Assembly (NCBI RefSeq): GCF_030268225.1 | Contig: NZ_BSQG01000011.1 | Span: 19,751-83,750 of the forward strand | DNA from: Nocardiopsis ansamitocini | Lineage (GTDB): Bacteria; Actinomycetota; Actinomycetes; Streptosporangiales; Streptosporangiaceae | Direction of reading: 5' to 3' | DNA: 64,000 nucleotides | Shown: one piece after another, positions 36,001 through 45,223 of the stretch | How the letters are laid out: every line of letters begins with the position of its first letter | Position numbering within the stretch: the first letter of the stretch is position 1 | The notes under the pieces: model-generated | Databases searched by the model: none | The model's input: the letters and a program-made list of their open reading frames with translations, nothing else | What the model was told of the DNA's origin: nothing | Translations under genes and position numbers: made by a program

Positions 36001-38012
36001 TGACCGTCCTGCTCGACCTGCACGCCTCGGCCGGGCTGCTGCGCTACCCGCGCGGCGCCAGAGCCGCCGCCCAGCTGTTCTGGGCGTTCGGCACCGAAGA
36101 AACCGTCAGGCAGGGGTGGACGGTGCGGGCACGCTCGCTGGCGCGTGCCCGCGCGGTGTTCGGATTCGGCCGGTCGAACGCCATCGCGGAACTGTCCGCG
36201 GAACTGTCCGCGGCGGTCGAGGTGTTCCTGGACGCACAAGCGCTGACCGGTTACCGCTCCGACACCGCCCAGGCGGGCGAGTACCTGTTCGAGGAGCTGG
36301 CCGCGGACCCGTCCGGGTTCGCCACCGGGACCGGCGCCCGTTCACTGCTGGAAAGGTTCGACCGGGCATTGGGCGGTGCGTCCTCGGCAGCACGGCGGGA
36401 CTACGAGGCCGACCTGGCCTCGCTGGAGTCCGACCTGGCCTCCCGGCATCAGCTGGTGGAGGCGTGGTTGAGCGCCTACCTGGCTGCCAAGGGCGAACCG
36501 GGCGAAGAGGTCGACCTGGCCGAGGCCGTGGCCGTACAGCTGACCGGAGACGCGCTGGAGCGTCATGAGCAGACGGGTGCACTGGGTGCCCGGGCCGAGG
36601 GGCTGCTGGGCGCGCATCCTCGTGTGCACGAGCGGTGCATCGCGCTGCGGTTGGACGAGACGCTCTCCCGCACCCGGGCGTTTCGCACCGAACGGGTCCC
36701 GGCCTACCGTGCCTACCAGCGGCTTCGCAACGAGTTGGTGGCGGCTGAGCGGACGCGGTTGCGCCTGGAGGAGTTCCAGCCCGCTGTGTTGAGCGCGTTC
36801 GTGCGCAACCAGTTGCTGGACGAGGTGTACCTGCCGCTGATCGGCGACAATCTCGCCAAGCAGTTGGGGGCGGCCGGTGACGCCAAGCGCACCGACCAGA
36901 TGGGGTTGCTGTTGCTCATCTCCCCGCCCGGCTACGGCAAGACCACGCTCATGGAGTACGTGGCCAGTCGGCTGGGCCTGGTGTTCGTGAAGGTGAACGG
37001 ACCGTCGCTGGGGTATGCGGTCACCTCGGTGGACCCTGCCGAGGCGCCCAACGCCACGGCGCGCCAGGAGGTCGAGAAGATCTCCTTCGCCTTGGAGGCC
37101 GGCAACAACGTGCTGCTGTACCTGGACGACATCCAGCACACCTCACCGGAGCTGCTGCAGAAGTTCATCTCGCTGTGCGACGGCCAGCGCCGGATGGAAG
37201 GCGTCTGGGAGGGGCGCACCCGCACCTACGACCTGCGGGGCAAACGCTTCGCGGTGTGCATGGCCGGCAACCCCTACACCGAGGCGGGCAAGCGTTTCCG
37301 GGTGCCCGACATGCTCGCCAACCGCGCCGACGTGTGGAACCTGGGCGACGTGTTGAGCGGACGGGAGGAACTGTTCGCGTTGAGTTACATCGAGAACGCG
37401 CTCACCTCCAACCCGGTGCTGGCACCGTTGTCCACCCGAGAGCGCGAGGACGTACGGCTTCTGGTCCGGCTGGCCCGCGGGGACGAGGGGGTGCGCCCGG
37501 ACCGGCTGGCGCACCCCTACTCCTCGGTGGAGCTGGACCAGATCCTTTCGGTACTGCGCAAACTGTTGCGGGTGCAAGAGGTGGTGCTGGCCAACAACCG
37601 GGCCTACATCGCCTCTGCGGCACAGGCCGACTCCGCGCGGACCGAGCCGCCGTTCCAGTTGCAGGGCTCCTACCGCAACATGAACAAACTGGCGGAGCGC
37701 ATCGTGCCCGTGATGAACGACGCCGAGCTGGAGGCGGCGATCGACGACCACTACCTGGGCGAGGCGCAGACCCTGGCCTCGGGTGCGGAGGCCAACCTGT
37801 TGAAACTGGCGGAGCTGCGCGGCCGGCTGGACCCGGAGCAGCAGGCCCGCTGGTCGGAGGTGAAGGCCGGATTCCTGCGCGCGCAGGCCCTGGGCGGCGC
37901 CGAGGACGACCCGATGACCCGCGCGGTGGGCGCGGTGGGTCTGCTGGCCGACCGTGTGGGCGGGGTGGAGACGGCCATCGATCGGGCGTCCCGGCACTTC
38001 AACGCCGAGTAG
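33033..38012 (+). CDS. giant (1659 aa) P-loop ATPase-domain protein, flotillin-associated (often annotated DNA repair ATPase)
   Basis: Walker A LLLISPPGYGKTTLMEYV around residue 1305 and Walker B-like VLLYLDDIQH. GTG start 8 nt after the flotillin stop. High GC3 throughout. Confidence 0.7.
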   Translation: MTDLVQETNNDDRAGLDMGTFEVLRARLGEQAAELARRAESLNERRLEVFGGTELKLLGTERIRTEHNCVPRDIVSVGGGLMLFGYNVYIGLKTGTHVEDVFSLHRFESGADGFSFDDPGPGEMPELLGDERFRRDFFDLYTYFRDTRLIQLRQVEGRLLAVFQTGPSRSDVKVLRWRLDPEGAVSYLDNQGERDHVFPPQQDFSWVEATREDHVTGRHPHISIDDELFVETVGGDLTVKVENNTETGEGIYSEPVDEALQSLADADVFHARVGPLILLRIRPYKETEWRHLVFNTRTKDVARLDGIGRACQRLPEDQGLIFPGGYYLSTGLARTFDTDVTDLEFKRLIRSPNGEDVLYVFHSPADGRILLLPYNVIRKEVAAPVSCHGYSIFDDGTMVVFRSASQEPTRVHPMQVWQSPYQSDSFAAAQPSGTGPLERVGNADLVRGISDALSVTRMVDDMAPSTPVFEGLIAACRRTADQYHWLGEEELHDLGEPLAEVRTTAEQVLDEFEKVQTLTAQAAQSLEAAESTVAALVRRVRGEAPASADEWVRRLAELRRAQGHLETLRELRYVDVDRLDGMAAQLTGDLSAAGKRAVEFLQGEDAFTGYHRDVDLLVEEAGAIATVADAAPVQERLAEQTEGLEIVTEVVGSLDIADATARTHILERIGEVLGSVNRARATLAARRRELLSTEGRAQFAAEFALLGQSVTGAIAAADTPDACDEQLGRLMLQVENLESRFGEFDDFLDELEAKREDVYEAFSARKQALLDERTRRADRLAESAERILGSVGRRVAGLGSIDEVNTYFASDAMVAKLRSTAGELRALGDQVRAEEIEGRIKSARQEAGRALRDQLDLFTDGGEAIRLGSHRFAVNTQPLDLTLVPHNGRMAFTITGTDYRSPVRAEGFDATRPFWEQHLVSETPEVYRAEFLAASVLADAEAGEGEHDLAALHEAAASGELAAVVRRAAESRYDEGYERGVHDHDATVILTVLLDLHASAGLLRYPRGARAAAQLFWAFGTEETVRQGWTVRARSLARARAVFGFGRSNAIAELSAELSAAVEVFLDAQALTGYRSDTAQAGEYLFEELAADPSGFATGTGARSLLERFDRALGGASSAARRDYEADLASLESDLASRHQLVEAWLSAYLAAKGEPGEEVDLAEAVAVQLTGDALERHEQTGALGARAEGLLGAHPRVHERCIALRLDETLSRTRAFRTERVPAYRAYQRLRNELVAAERTRLRLEEFQPAVLSAFVRNQLLDEVYLPLIGDNLAKQLGAAGDAKRTDQMGLLLLISPPGYGKTTLMEYVASRLGLVFVKVNGPSLGYAVTSVDPAEAPNATARQEVEKISFALEAGNNVLLYLDDIQHTSPELLQKFISLCDGQRRMEGVWEGRTRTYDLRGKRFAVCMAGNPYTEAGKRFRVPDMLANRADVWNLGDVLSGREELFALSYIENALTSNPVLAPLSTREREDVRLLVRLARGDEGVRPDRLAHPYSSVELDQILSVLRKLLRVQEVVLANNRAYIASAAQADSARTEPPFQLQGSYRNMNKLAERIVPVMNDAELEAAIDDHYLGEAQTLASGAEANLLKLAELRGRLDPEQQARWSEVKAGFLRAQALGGAEDDPMTRAVGAVGLLADRVGGVETAIDRASRHFNAE

Positions 38013-38027
38013 CTGCCAGTCGGACCG

Positions 38028-38062
38028 CTGGTCCCGCGCCCGTGGCGCGGGCGCGGGACCAG
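38028..38062. terminator. 15-bp perfect inverted repeat (CTGGTCCCGCGCCCG-tggcg-CGGGCGCGGGACCAG) between the convergent ATPase and P450 genes
   Basis: Read directly. Confidence 0.5.
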
Positions 38063-38072
38063 CCGGTGCGAG

Positions 38073-39284
38073 CTAGCGGGAGTAGGTGACCGGAAGGGTC
38101 TGGACGGTGTTGGTCATGATGGAGGCCACCGGGTCCAGGCGGGCGGGATCGCCGTGCAGGGCCAGGTCGGGGAACTCCTCGAAGAGGCGGGGCAGCGCGA
38201 TGGTCATCTCCTTGCGCGCCAGCGGGGCGCCCATGCAATGGTGCGGTCCGCGACCGAAGGCGAGATGGCGGCTAGGCGGCCGGGTGACGTCGAAGGTGTC
38301 GGCGGCGGAGCCGTGGTGCTGCTCGTCGCGTCCGGCCGATCCGTAGCACAGGAGGATGGCGTCGCCCTTGGCCACGTGCACGCCGCCCAGGTCGGTGTCC
38401 TCCAGCGCGTAGGAGAAGGGCAGGGTGAACAGGCTGGTGTCCCAGCGCAGCACCTCCTCCACGACCGCGTCCCAGCCGACCTTCCCGCTGCGGACGAGTT
38501 CGAGCTGTTCGGGATGGGTGAGCAGTGCGCGAACCGTGTTGCAGATCGCGCCCTCCGTGGTCTCGAACCCCGCGGCCACGAACAGGAACAGCATGTCCAC
38601 CAACTCGGCGTCGGTGAGCTGGTCGCCCTCGTCGCGCGCCGCGATGAGGGCGGAGGCGAGGTCGTCGGTGGGCGCGGCCCGACGGGCCTCGATGAGCGAG
38701 CTGAACACGGAATGGATCTCGCCGTAGAAGGCGGCCCCCTCCTCCGGGGTCATCACCGCCGACCCGAACCCCTTGCGTACGAGGGCGACCAGGCGGGGCC
38801 GGTCCTGCTCGCCGATGCCGAACAGTTCCGACAGCACCAGCATCGGCAGCGGGAACGCGAACTCCGCCCGCAGGTCGACCGGACCGTCCGCGGCGCGCAG
38901 CTGTTCGATCAGCCGGGTGACGATGGACTCGATGGCCGGTTCCATCTCCTCGATCCGTCTGGGGGTGAACGCCTTGGCGACGAGACCGCGCAGCCGACGA
39001 TGGTCGAGATTGTCGGAGGTGAGCATGTTGCGCAGCAGGACGTTGCCCATCATCGGCCAGTCCTCGGGGATCTCCCCCTCCTGAAGCGCCCGCCAGTTGT
39101 CCGACGAACGGGAGAAGGACCGACTGGTGAGGACGGTCTCCAGCTCGGCATGGCCGGTTACCGCCCAGACCACCACCCCTGAAGGAAGCTGAACAGGGAC
39201 GAGCGGCCCGAGCTCTCGGAGCTCGCGGGCTTGGGCCTGGATGTCGAGGGAGCGGGTGTCGAGGACGTAGGGGAGGCGTCCCAT
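38073..39284 (-). CDS. cytochrome P450
   Basis: Heme loop FGRGPHHCMGAPLAR, EXXR (EEVLRWD), I-helix AGFETT. ATG 39284. The ORF-track N-terminal extension is rejected. Confidence 0.85.
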   Translation of the reverse strand: MGRLPYVLDTRSLDIQAQARELRELGPLVPVQLPSGVVVWAVTGHAELETVLTSRSFSRSSDNWRALQEGEIPEDWPMMGNVLLRNMLTSDNLDHRRLRGLVAKAFTPRRIEEMEPAIESIVTRLIEQLRAADGPVDLRAEFAFPLPMLVLSELFGIGEQDRPRLVALVRKGFGSAVMTPEEGAAFYGEIHSVFSSLIEARRAAPTDDLASALIAARDEGDQLTDAELVDMLFLFVAAGFETTEGAICNTVRALLTHPEQLELVRSGKVGWDAVVEEVLRWDTSLFTLPFSYALEDTDLGGVHVAKGDAILLCYGSAGRDEQHHGSAADTFDVTRPPSRHLAFGRGPHHCMGAPLARKEMTIALPRLFEEFPDLALHGDPARLDPVASIMTNTVQTLPVTYSR

Positions 39285-40576
39285 TGCTGTTCTCCAGTGG
39301 TTTCTCGGGGGGTGACGGGGGTGAAGGTGACGGGAAGGCTCTGCGGTCCGCGCGAGTACAACGACGGGCCGAGCGTGATCTCCTCCGCGGGGACGGCGAG
39401 CCGGACGTCGGGCAGACGCCGGAGCAGCGCCCAGATCGCCGAGGTGACGATTCCGCGCCCGGTGTCGCGGGCCGGGCAGGCGTGGACGCCCTTGCCGAAC
39501 GAGAGGTACGCCTGGTTGACGCTGTCGAGCTGATGGCTCCCCAGCTTGGGGTCGCGGTTGGCGGCGAGATAGCAGGGCACGAGCCCCTCGCCTGCGCGCA
39601 CGGGCTGGCCGGCGACCTCGACGTCCTTGGTGGGGAAGCGTCCGGGCATGGCCGCGATCGGGGGGTCGCGCCACAGGGCCTGGTCGATCGCCGCCTCGAC
39701 CGGGGTGTAGGCCGAGGCGACCTCGGCGCGGGCCGCGTGGTCGGTGAGCAGCAGGCGCAGCACGCTCGCGGTCAGGTTCTTGACCGGCTCGAAGGCCGCG
39801 CCGATGAGCAGTTCGAGGTCAAAGGCGATTTCGATGTCGCTCAGGCCCTGTGGTGCCGAGATGAGTGCCGCGATCAGGTCGTCGTGCGGTCCCACCTCGC
39901 CCTTGGCCAGTGCGGCGCGTTTGGCTGCGGCGACCTTCGTCCCGTGCTTGACCAGGCGCTGCTGGGCCTGGGTCGAATCGGCTCCGGCGTTCCACTGCTC
40001 GGTCATCGACTGCACGACCTGGCCGAACTCCTGCTCGGTCATGCCGAACCAGCGGTTGAGGATGAGGCCGGGAACGACCGCTGCGAAGTCCGCGACGAGG
40101 TCGGCCTGGCCGCGCTCGCTGAAGGCGTCGATGGCGTTGTTGGCGAGCCGGGCGGCATCGGTGGTGACACGCTTGGGGGTGAGGACCCGCAGTGCCCAGT
40201 CGATCGCTTCGCGGCGGCGTTCGTGTTTGGCGCCGTCCAGGCACAGGGCGTTGAGCCCGCCCCGGTCGGAGAACATCGGGTGGATGGCCATGCCGGGCCG
40301 GAAGCGGCCTTCGACCTGTTCGGTCCACTTTCCCGAAGCGCGGGGGAAGTCGACGTGGTCGCCCAGGACTTGGCTGAGGGCCTCGTAGTCCAGGACGAGC
40401 CAGGCCGCGACGTCATCCTCGAACAGCACGGGGGCGAGGGGGCCGAACGTCGCTCTCAGCCCTTCGACGAAATCGGCGGGGTCACCCCCTTTGGAGAAGT
40501 CGGGCATTGGAACGGCGTTCTGGTGCAGGGGACTGTCGAGGTCCTTTGAAACAGACGATTCGGCATTCTGATTCAT
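39158..40576 (-). CDS. cytochrome P450-like protein with atypical heme-binding loop
   Basis: FGKGVHACPARDTGRGI (Cys present, non-canonical context), ALWRDPP (EXXR-like). The 3-prime end overlaps the start of the downstream P450 by about 126 nt. Confidence 0.65.
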   Translation of the reverse strand: MNQNAESSVSKDLDSPLHQNAVPMPDFSKGGDPADFVEGLRATFGPLAPVLFEDDVAAWLVLDYEALSQVLGDHVDFPRASGKWTEQVEGRFRPGMAIHPMFSDRGGLNALCLDGAKHERRREAIDWALRVLTPKRVTTDAARLANNAIDAFSERGQADLVADFAAVVPGLILNRWFGMTEQEFGQVVQSMTEQWNAGADSTQAQQRLVKHGTKVAAAKRAALAKGEVGPHDDLIAALISAPQGLSDIEIAFDLELLIGAAFEPVKNLTASVLRLLLTDHAARAEVASAYTPVEAAIDQALWRDPPIAAMPGRFPTKDVEVAGQPVRAGEGLVPCYLAANRDPKLGSHQLDSVNQAYLSFGKGVHACPARDTGRGIVTSAIWALLRRLPDVRLAVPAEEITLGPSLYSRGPQSLPVTFTPVTPRETTGEQQWDASPTSSTPAPSTSRPKPASSESSGRSSLFSFLQGWWSGR

Positions 40577-40882
40577 AGAGGAGAGGAGATCCTGTTCGTT
40601 TGGCCGGGGACGGACCCACCTTTCCCTAACTCAGGCTGTTTGACTGCACAGAGTGACCGATTATGGCCGCGTTCGGTCATTTTTCGCCGCATGGGCGATT
40701 ACTGCGATATGGGGCTGAGAAGCGTCGCGATCCGTCCACGAATCCCCCTGTTCAGGGACCTTTGCGGATAAAAGCCGGGGGACGGCTCCATCCCCGGCCC
40801 GGGTTCTCCGGTGCGCTCCCGCCCGAGCGGAGAAGACCCCGCCGCGTGGAAGGGCGGCGGGGTCTCCTGCCGGCGGGGCGGC

Positions 40883-41781
40883 CTACTTGACCGCGCCCAT
40901 GGACAGTCCGCGTACCAGTTGGCGCTGGGCGACCCAGCCGATGACGACGATGGGCAGCGAGGCCAGCGTGGCAGCGGCGGCGAGCTGAGCCCAGAACAGT
41001 CCTTCGCTGGTGATGAAACCGACCATGAAGACCGGAACGGTGGCGGCTTGGGAAGCCGTCAGGTTCACCGCGAAGAAGAACTCGTTCCAGGAGAAGATCA
41101 TGCAAATAAGCGCGGTCGCCGCGACACCTGGCGCCATGATCGGCAGCATGACCGACCACAGCACGCGGGGCAGCCCCGCCCCCTCCAGTTGCGCCGCCTC
41201 GATGATGCCCTTGGGGACCTCGAGGAAGAAGGAGCGCAGCATCCACACCGCGATGGGCAGGTTCATGGCGGTGTAAAGGATGACCAGGGTCCAGACGGTG
41301 TCCAGCATCGAGAGTCGGGCGGCCGCCACGTACAGCGGGACCACCACCGCGACCACCGGCAGCATCTTGGTGGAGATGAAGAAGAACAGCACGTCCTGGG
41401 TCCGCTTCACCGGCCGGATGGAGAGCGCGTAGGCGGCCGGTACCCCCAGCAGCAGTACCAGCAGGGTGGAGACCAACGTCGCGACGAGGGAGTTGCCCAG
41501 ATAGGGCAGGAAGTCCGACGCGAACACCGTACGGAACTGGTCGAGGGTCGGCTCGAAGAAGAACGTGGGCGGATCGGTGGCCGCATCGCTCTCCTGCTTG
41601 AAGGCGGTCAGCACCAGCCACAACGCGGGGGACACGAAAAGCAGGGCGATCGCCCACGTCAGGATGGTCAGAGCTGCTGGGCCCAGGCCGCCACGGCGGC
41701 GCGGCCGGGCCGGGGTCGGCGCGGACGCACCGGACTTCCGGGCCGGCGTCGCGGTGGGCGGAGCGGGAGCGGCGGTCGTCA
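40883..41781 (-). CDS. carbohydrate ABC transporter permease (MalG-like)
   Basis: EAAQLEGAG ... EFFFAVNL EAA-loop region, 6 TM helices. GTG start overlapping the upstream permease stop. Confidence 0.85.
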
Positions 41782-42711
41782 CGAGATCCCCTCCTGTGCG
41801 AACATGAACGAGCGGAAGATGAGCCGCAGTGCGAGCGTGGCCACGATGATGGTGCCCACGACCACGACCACGCCCATGGCCGCCGACTGGCCGATGTCGA
41901 ACCCGAGGAAGGTCCGCTGGTAGATGTAGAAGGGCAGGTTGGCGCTGGCCGTACCGGGACCGCCCTGGGTCATCATGTAGATCGTGTCGAAGGTGTTGAC
42001 CACGTAGATCGAGCCCAGCAGCACGCCCAGCTCGATGTAGCGGCGCAGGTGCGGCAGGGTGATCCCGACGAACATCTGCCACCGGCCCGCACCGTCCACC
42101 TGCCCGGCCTCGATGACGTCGCGCCCCTGGCTCTGGAGTCCGGCCAGCACCAGCAGCATCATGAACGGGGTCCACTGCCAGACCAGGGCGGTGACCACCG
42201 CGACGATCGGATACTGCGACACCCAGTCCACATCACCCAGTCCGAACGGCGTCAGGACGAACCCGATCAGGCCGAAGACCGGATCGAACATGGTGGTCTT
42301 CCACAACAGCGCGGTGGCTACCGGGATGATCAGGAACGGCGTGATCAGCAGGGTTCTGGCCACCCCGCGGCCGAGGAACTTGCGGTCCAGCAGCAGGGCC
42401 AGGCCGATGCCCAGCGCCATGGCGACCAGGACGCAGGCCGACGTGAACACGATGGTGTTGAGCGCCGCACCGAGGAACTGGGCGTCGGTGAAGACCGCCA
42501 GGTAGTTGGCCAGGCCGACGAAGGTCTGGGAGTCGGGGCGCAGCAGGTTCCAGGACTGGAGCGAGTAGAAGATCGTGACCAGGAACGGCAGCTGGGTGAC
42601 CAGGATGGTGAAGATCAGCGCGGGCAGCAGCGGTGCACGCAGCGCCCAGCCCTGGGCTCGCTGGGTGGCGCGGGTCCGCCGGGCGGGCTCCGTGTCGGTC
42701 GCGGCGCTCAT
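41779..42711 (-). CDS. carbohydrate ABC transporter permease (MalF-like)
   Basis: EAGQVDGAGRWQMFVGITLP EAA loop. ATG 42711 with AGGAAGG RBS. ATGA overlap with the SBP gene. Confidence 0.85.
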   Translation of the reverse strand: MSAATDTEPARRTRATQRAQGWALRAPLLPALIFTILVTQLPFLVTIFYSLQSWNLLRPDSQTFVGLANYLAVFTDAQFLGAALNTIVFTSACVLVAMALGIGLALLLDRKFLGRGVARTLLITPFLIIPVATALLWKTTMFDPVFGLIGFVLTPFGLGDVDWVSQYPIVAVVTALVWQWTPFMMLLVLAGLQSQGRDVIEAGQVDGAGRWQMFVGITLPHLRRYIELGVLLGSIYVVNTFDTIYMMTQGGPGTASANLPFYIYQRTFLGFDIGQSAAMGVVVVVGTIIVATLALRLIFRSFMFAQEGIS

Positions 42712-44063
42712 CGGCCTTCCTCCCGGTAGCTGTCGCCCACGGTCTGGGCGTAGCGCTGGCTCTGCTCGAGCGCCTCGTCGACGGTGACGCGTCCGGCGAT
42801 GGCCGCGCTGAGCTGCTGGCTGACCCGGGTGCCCAGGTCCTGGAACTCGGGAATGGCCAGGAAGCCGATGCCGGTGTAGGGAACCGGCCGGACCGACGGG
42901 TTCTCGGGGTCGGCGTTCTCGATGCCCTGAAGCATGGGGTCGGCGTAGGCTGCGGCGACATCCTGGTACTCGGGTGTCTTGAACGTGGAGAGCCGGTTGC
43001 CCGGCGGGACCCGCTGCCAGCCGTACTCCTCGCCGACGGTGCGGATGTACTCCTTGTCGGTCATCCAGGACAGGAACTCCCATGCCTCGTCCTTGTGCTC
43101 GGACGTGGCCGGGATCCCGAGGGACCAGGCGTAGAGCCAGCCGCCGTAGTCGCTCCTGGCCACCGGGGCCGGGACGTAGGCGCTGCGGCCCACGACGGTG
43201 CTGGACGCCTCGTCCTCGACCGTGCTGACCATGGAGGTGGAGTCGTAGAACATGGCGGCCCGCCCCTGGCTGTAGCGGTTCAGGCAGTCGCCGAACCCGC
43301 TGTTGGCCGCGCCGGCCTGGCCGTGGTCGCGGACCAGGTCCACGTAGAAGTTCGCGGCCTCGCGAAACTCCGGGGAGTCGAGTTGGGCGTTCCAGTCCTC
43401 GTCGTACCAGCGTCCGCCGAAGGTGTTGAGCACGCTGTTGAAGGGCGCCAGGACCTCGCCCCAGCCCGACAGCCCGCGCAGGCAGATGCCGGCCACGCCC
43501 GCCTCCGGGTCGTCGAGTTCGGCGGCGAGCGCCGCCACCTCCTCCCAGGTGGGATTCTCGGGCATCGTCACTCCGGCCTCGTCAAAGAGGTCGGTGCGAT
43601 AGGCGACGAAGGAGGACTCCCCGTAGAAGGGGACGGAGTACATGTCGCCCTCGTAGGACAGGTCCTCCCGGATGGAGGGGATGAAGTCGGCGTCGTCGTA
43701 GCCCTCGGTGGCGTCGATTCGGGGCTGGAGGTTCTCCAGCCAGCCGAACTCCGCCCATTGGCGGGTCTCGTAGTTGCTGATCATGACCGCGTCGAACTCG
43801 CCTCCGCCGGTGGCGATCGAGGTGGTGATCTTGGCGCGGGCCTCGTTCTCGGGCAGGCTGACGAACTTCACCGAGACGCCCGGGTTGGCGGCCTCGAACT
43901 CCGACTGCAACGAAATGGCGTCCTGCATCTGCGGGTTGGCGACGATGGCGACGACCAGCGTGGTGCCGTCCGATCCCGCGGAGAGCGCGCCGGCGCCTGC
44001 GCAGCCGGAGAGCAACACGGCTCCGGTGCCCAGCGCGGCGAGCGAGCGCAGCGTGGTGCGCAT
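42708..44063 (-). CDS. ABC transporter extracellular sugar-binding lipoprotein
   Basis: Signal peptide plus lipobox LLSGCAG. Family 1 SBP length. Confidence 0.85.
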   Translation of the reverse strand: MRTTLRSLAALGTGAVLLSGCAGAGALSAGSDGTTLVVAIVANPQMQDAISLQSEFEAANPGVSVKFVSLPENEARAKITTSIATGGGEFDAVMISNYETRQWAEFGWLENLQPRIDATEGYDDADFIPSIREDLSYEGDMYSVPFYGESSFVAYRTDLFDEAGVTMPENPTWEEVAALAAELDDPEAGVAGICLRGLSGWGEVLAPFNSVLNTFGGRWYDEDWNAQLDSPEFREAANFYVDLVRDHGQAGAANSGFGDCLNRYSQGRAAMFYDSTSMVSTVEDEASSTVVGRSAYVPAPVARSDYGGWLYAWSLGIPATSEHKDEAWEFLSWMTDKEYIRTVGEEYGWQRVPPGNRLSTFKTPEYQDVAAAYADPMLQGIENADPENPSVRPVPYTGIGFLAIPEFQDLGTRVSQQLSAAIAGRVTVDEALEQSQRYAQTVGDSYREEGR

Positions 44064-44099
44064 CGGGTACTCCTTCTTCCAGGGGGCGGGCGGTACGGG

Positions 44100-45101
44100 T
44101 CAGCCGGCGAAACCCGGAACGACCTGGACCTTCACGCCGGCCCCGGAACGCATGAGGTCCAGCGCCGCGGGGAATTCGGCCAAGGGCAGGGCGTGGCTGA
44201 GCAGCGGTTCCGCACTCACCTGCCCTGAGGCGAGGAGGTCGCGGGCGGCACCGTAGCTGTGGAGCACGGCCATCGAGCCCACGACGGTGATCTCGTCGTT
44301 GTAGATGCGGAACGGGGAAAGGTCCACGCGCGCGTCGTCGGCGGCGACTCCGAAGATGAGCAGGCGACCGCCGCGCTGGAGCGCGCCGAAGGCGGCCTCG
44401 ATCGCGGGCGGGGCACCCGTGACGTCGACGGCCGCGTCGAAGCGCTCGTCGTGCAGGTCGGCGACGTCGGTGGCGGTCGCGGTTGCGCCGAATTCCGCGG
44501 CGAGCTTGAGGCGGTCGCGGTTGCGGTCCACCATGGTGACATCGGCGCCGCCGCGCTGGAGCAGTTGTTGCAGGAGCAGTCCCATGGTCCCGGCGCCGAC
44601 CAGGAGGAAGCGTTCTCCGGGCCGCACCCCGATGCGGCGCACACCGTGCACCGCGCAGGACAGCGGTTCGATCACCGCCGCCTGACGGTAGGTCATCTCT
44701 TCGGGGATCCGGTAGCAGTTCACCGCGGGAGCGGCGACGTACTCGGCGAAGGCGCCGTCCACGGTGTCCCCGATGGCCCCCCAGTTGGCGCAGAGGTTGC
44801 CGCGCCCCGCCCGGCAGAACGGGCAGTGGCCGCAGAAGAGGGACGGGTCCACCGCGACTCGGTCGCCGATGCGCAGGTCGCCGGGCGCGTGCTCGCCGAC
44901 CGCGACGACCTCGCCGGCGAACTCGTGCCCGGGCACCAGCGGGTAGGGGCTGGGCGGGAACTCGCCGTCCGCGATGTGCAGGTCGGTACCGCAGATGCCG
45001 CAGGCTCCCACCCGCAGCACCACCCCGTCGGGTGCGGGCGAGGGGTCGGGGCGTTCGCCGACCGTGATGGAACCGGGCTGCTGGATGATCGCTGCGCGCA
45101 C
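44100..45101 (-). CDS. zinc-dependent alcohol/polyol dehydrogenase (MDR family)
   Basis: GACGICGTDLH, GHEFAGEV, LFCGHCPFCRAGRGNLC structural-zinc motif, GAGTMG Rossmann. Confidence 0.85.
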   Translation of the reverse strand: MRAAIIQQPGSITVGERPDPSPAPDGVVLRVGACGICGTDLHIADGEFPPSPYPLVPGHEFAGEVVAVGEHAPGDLRIGDRVAVDPSLFCGHCPFCRAGRGNLCANWGAIGDTVDGAFAEYVAAPAVNCYRIPEEMTYRQAAVIEPLSCAVHGVRRIGVRPGERFLLVGAGTMGLLLQQLLQRGGADVTMVDRNRDRLKLAAEFGATATATDVADLHDERFDAAVDVTGAPPAIEAAFGALQRGGRLLIFGVAADDARVDLSPFRIYNDEITVVGSMAVLHSYGAARDLLASGQVSAEPLLSHALPLAEFPAALDLMRSGAGVKVQVVPGFAG

Positions 45102-45119
45102 GTCTACTCCCGACTAGAT

Positions 45120-45135
45120 CCGCTCATATGAGCGG
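45120..45135. promoter_or_regulatory. perfect 16-bp palindrome CCGCTCATATGAGCGG in the divergent adh/sorC promoter region; half-site ATGAGCGG recurs at about 45204 and 45224
   Basis: Read directly. AT-richer intergenic region 45102..45223. Confidence 0.45.
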
Positions 45136-45223
45136 TAGATCACACATATGATTAATGCCATTGAAAACCCATCCGAAACGCGATGTCAACGTATGATTCA
45201 CGAATGAGCGGCTTGGTTAACAA

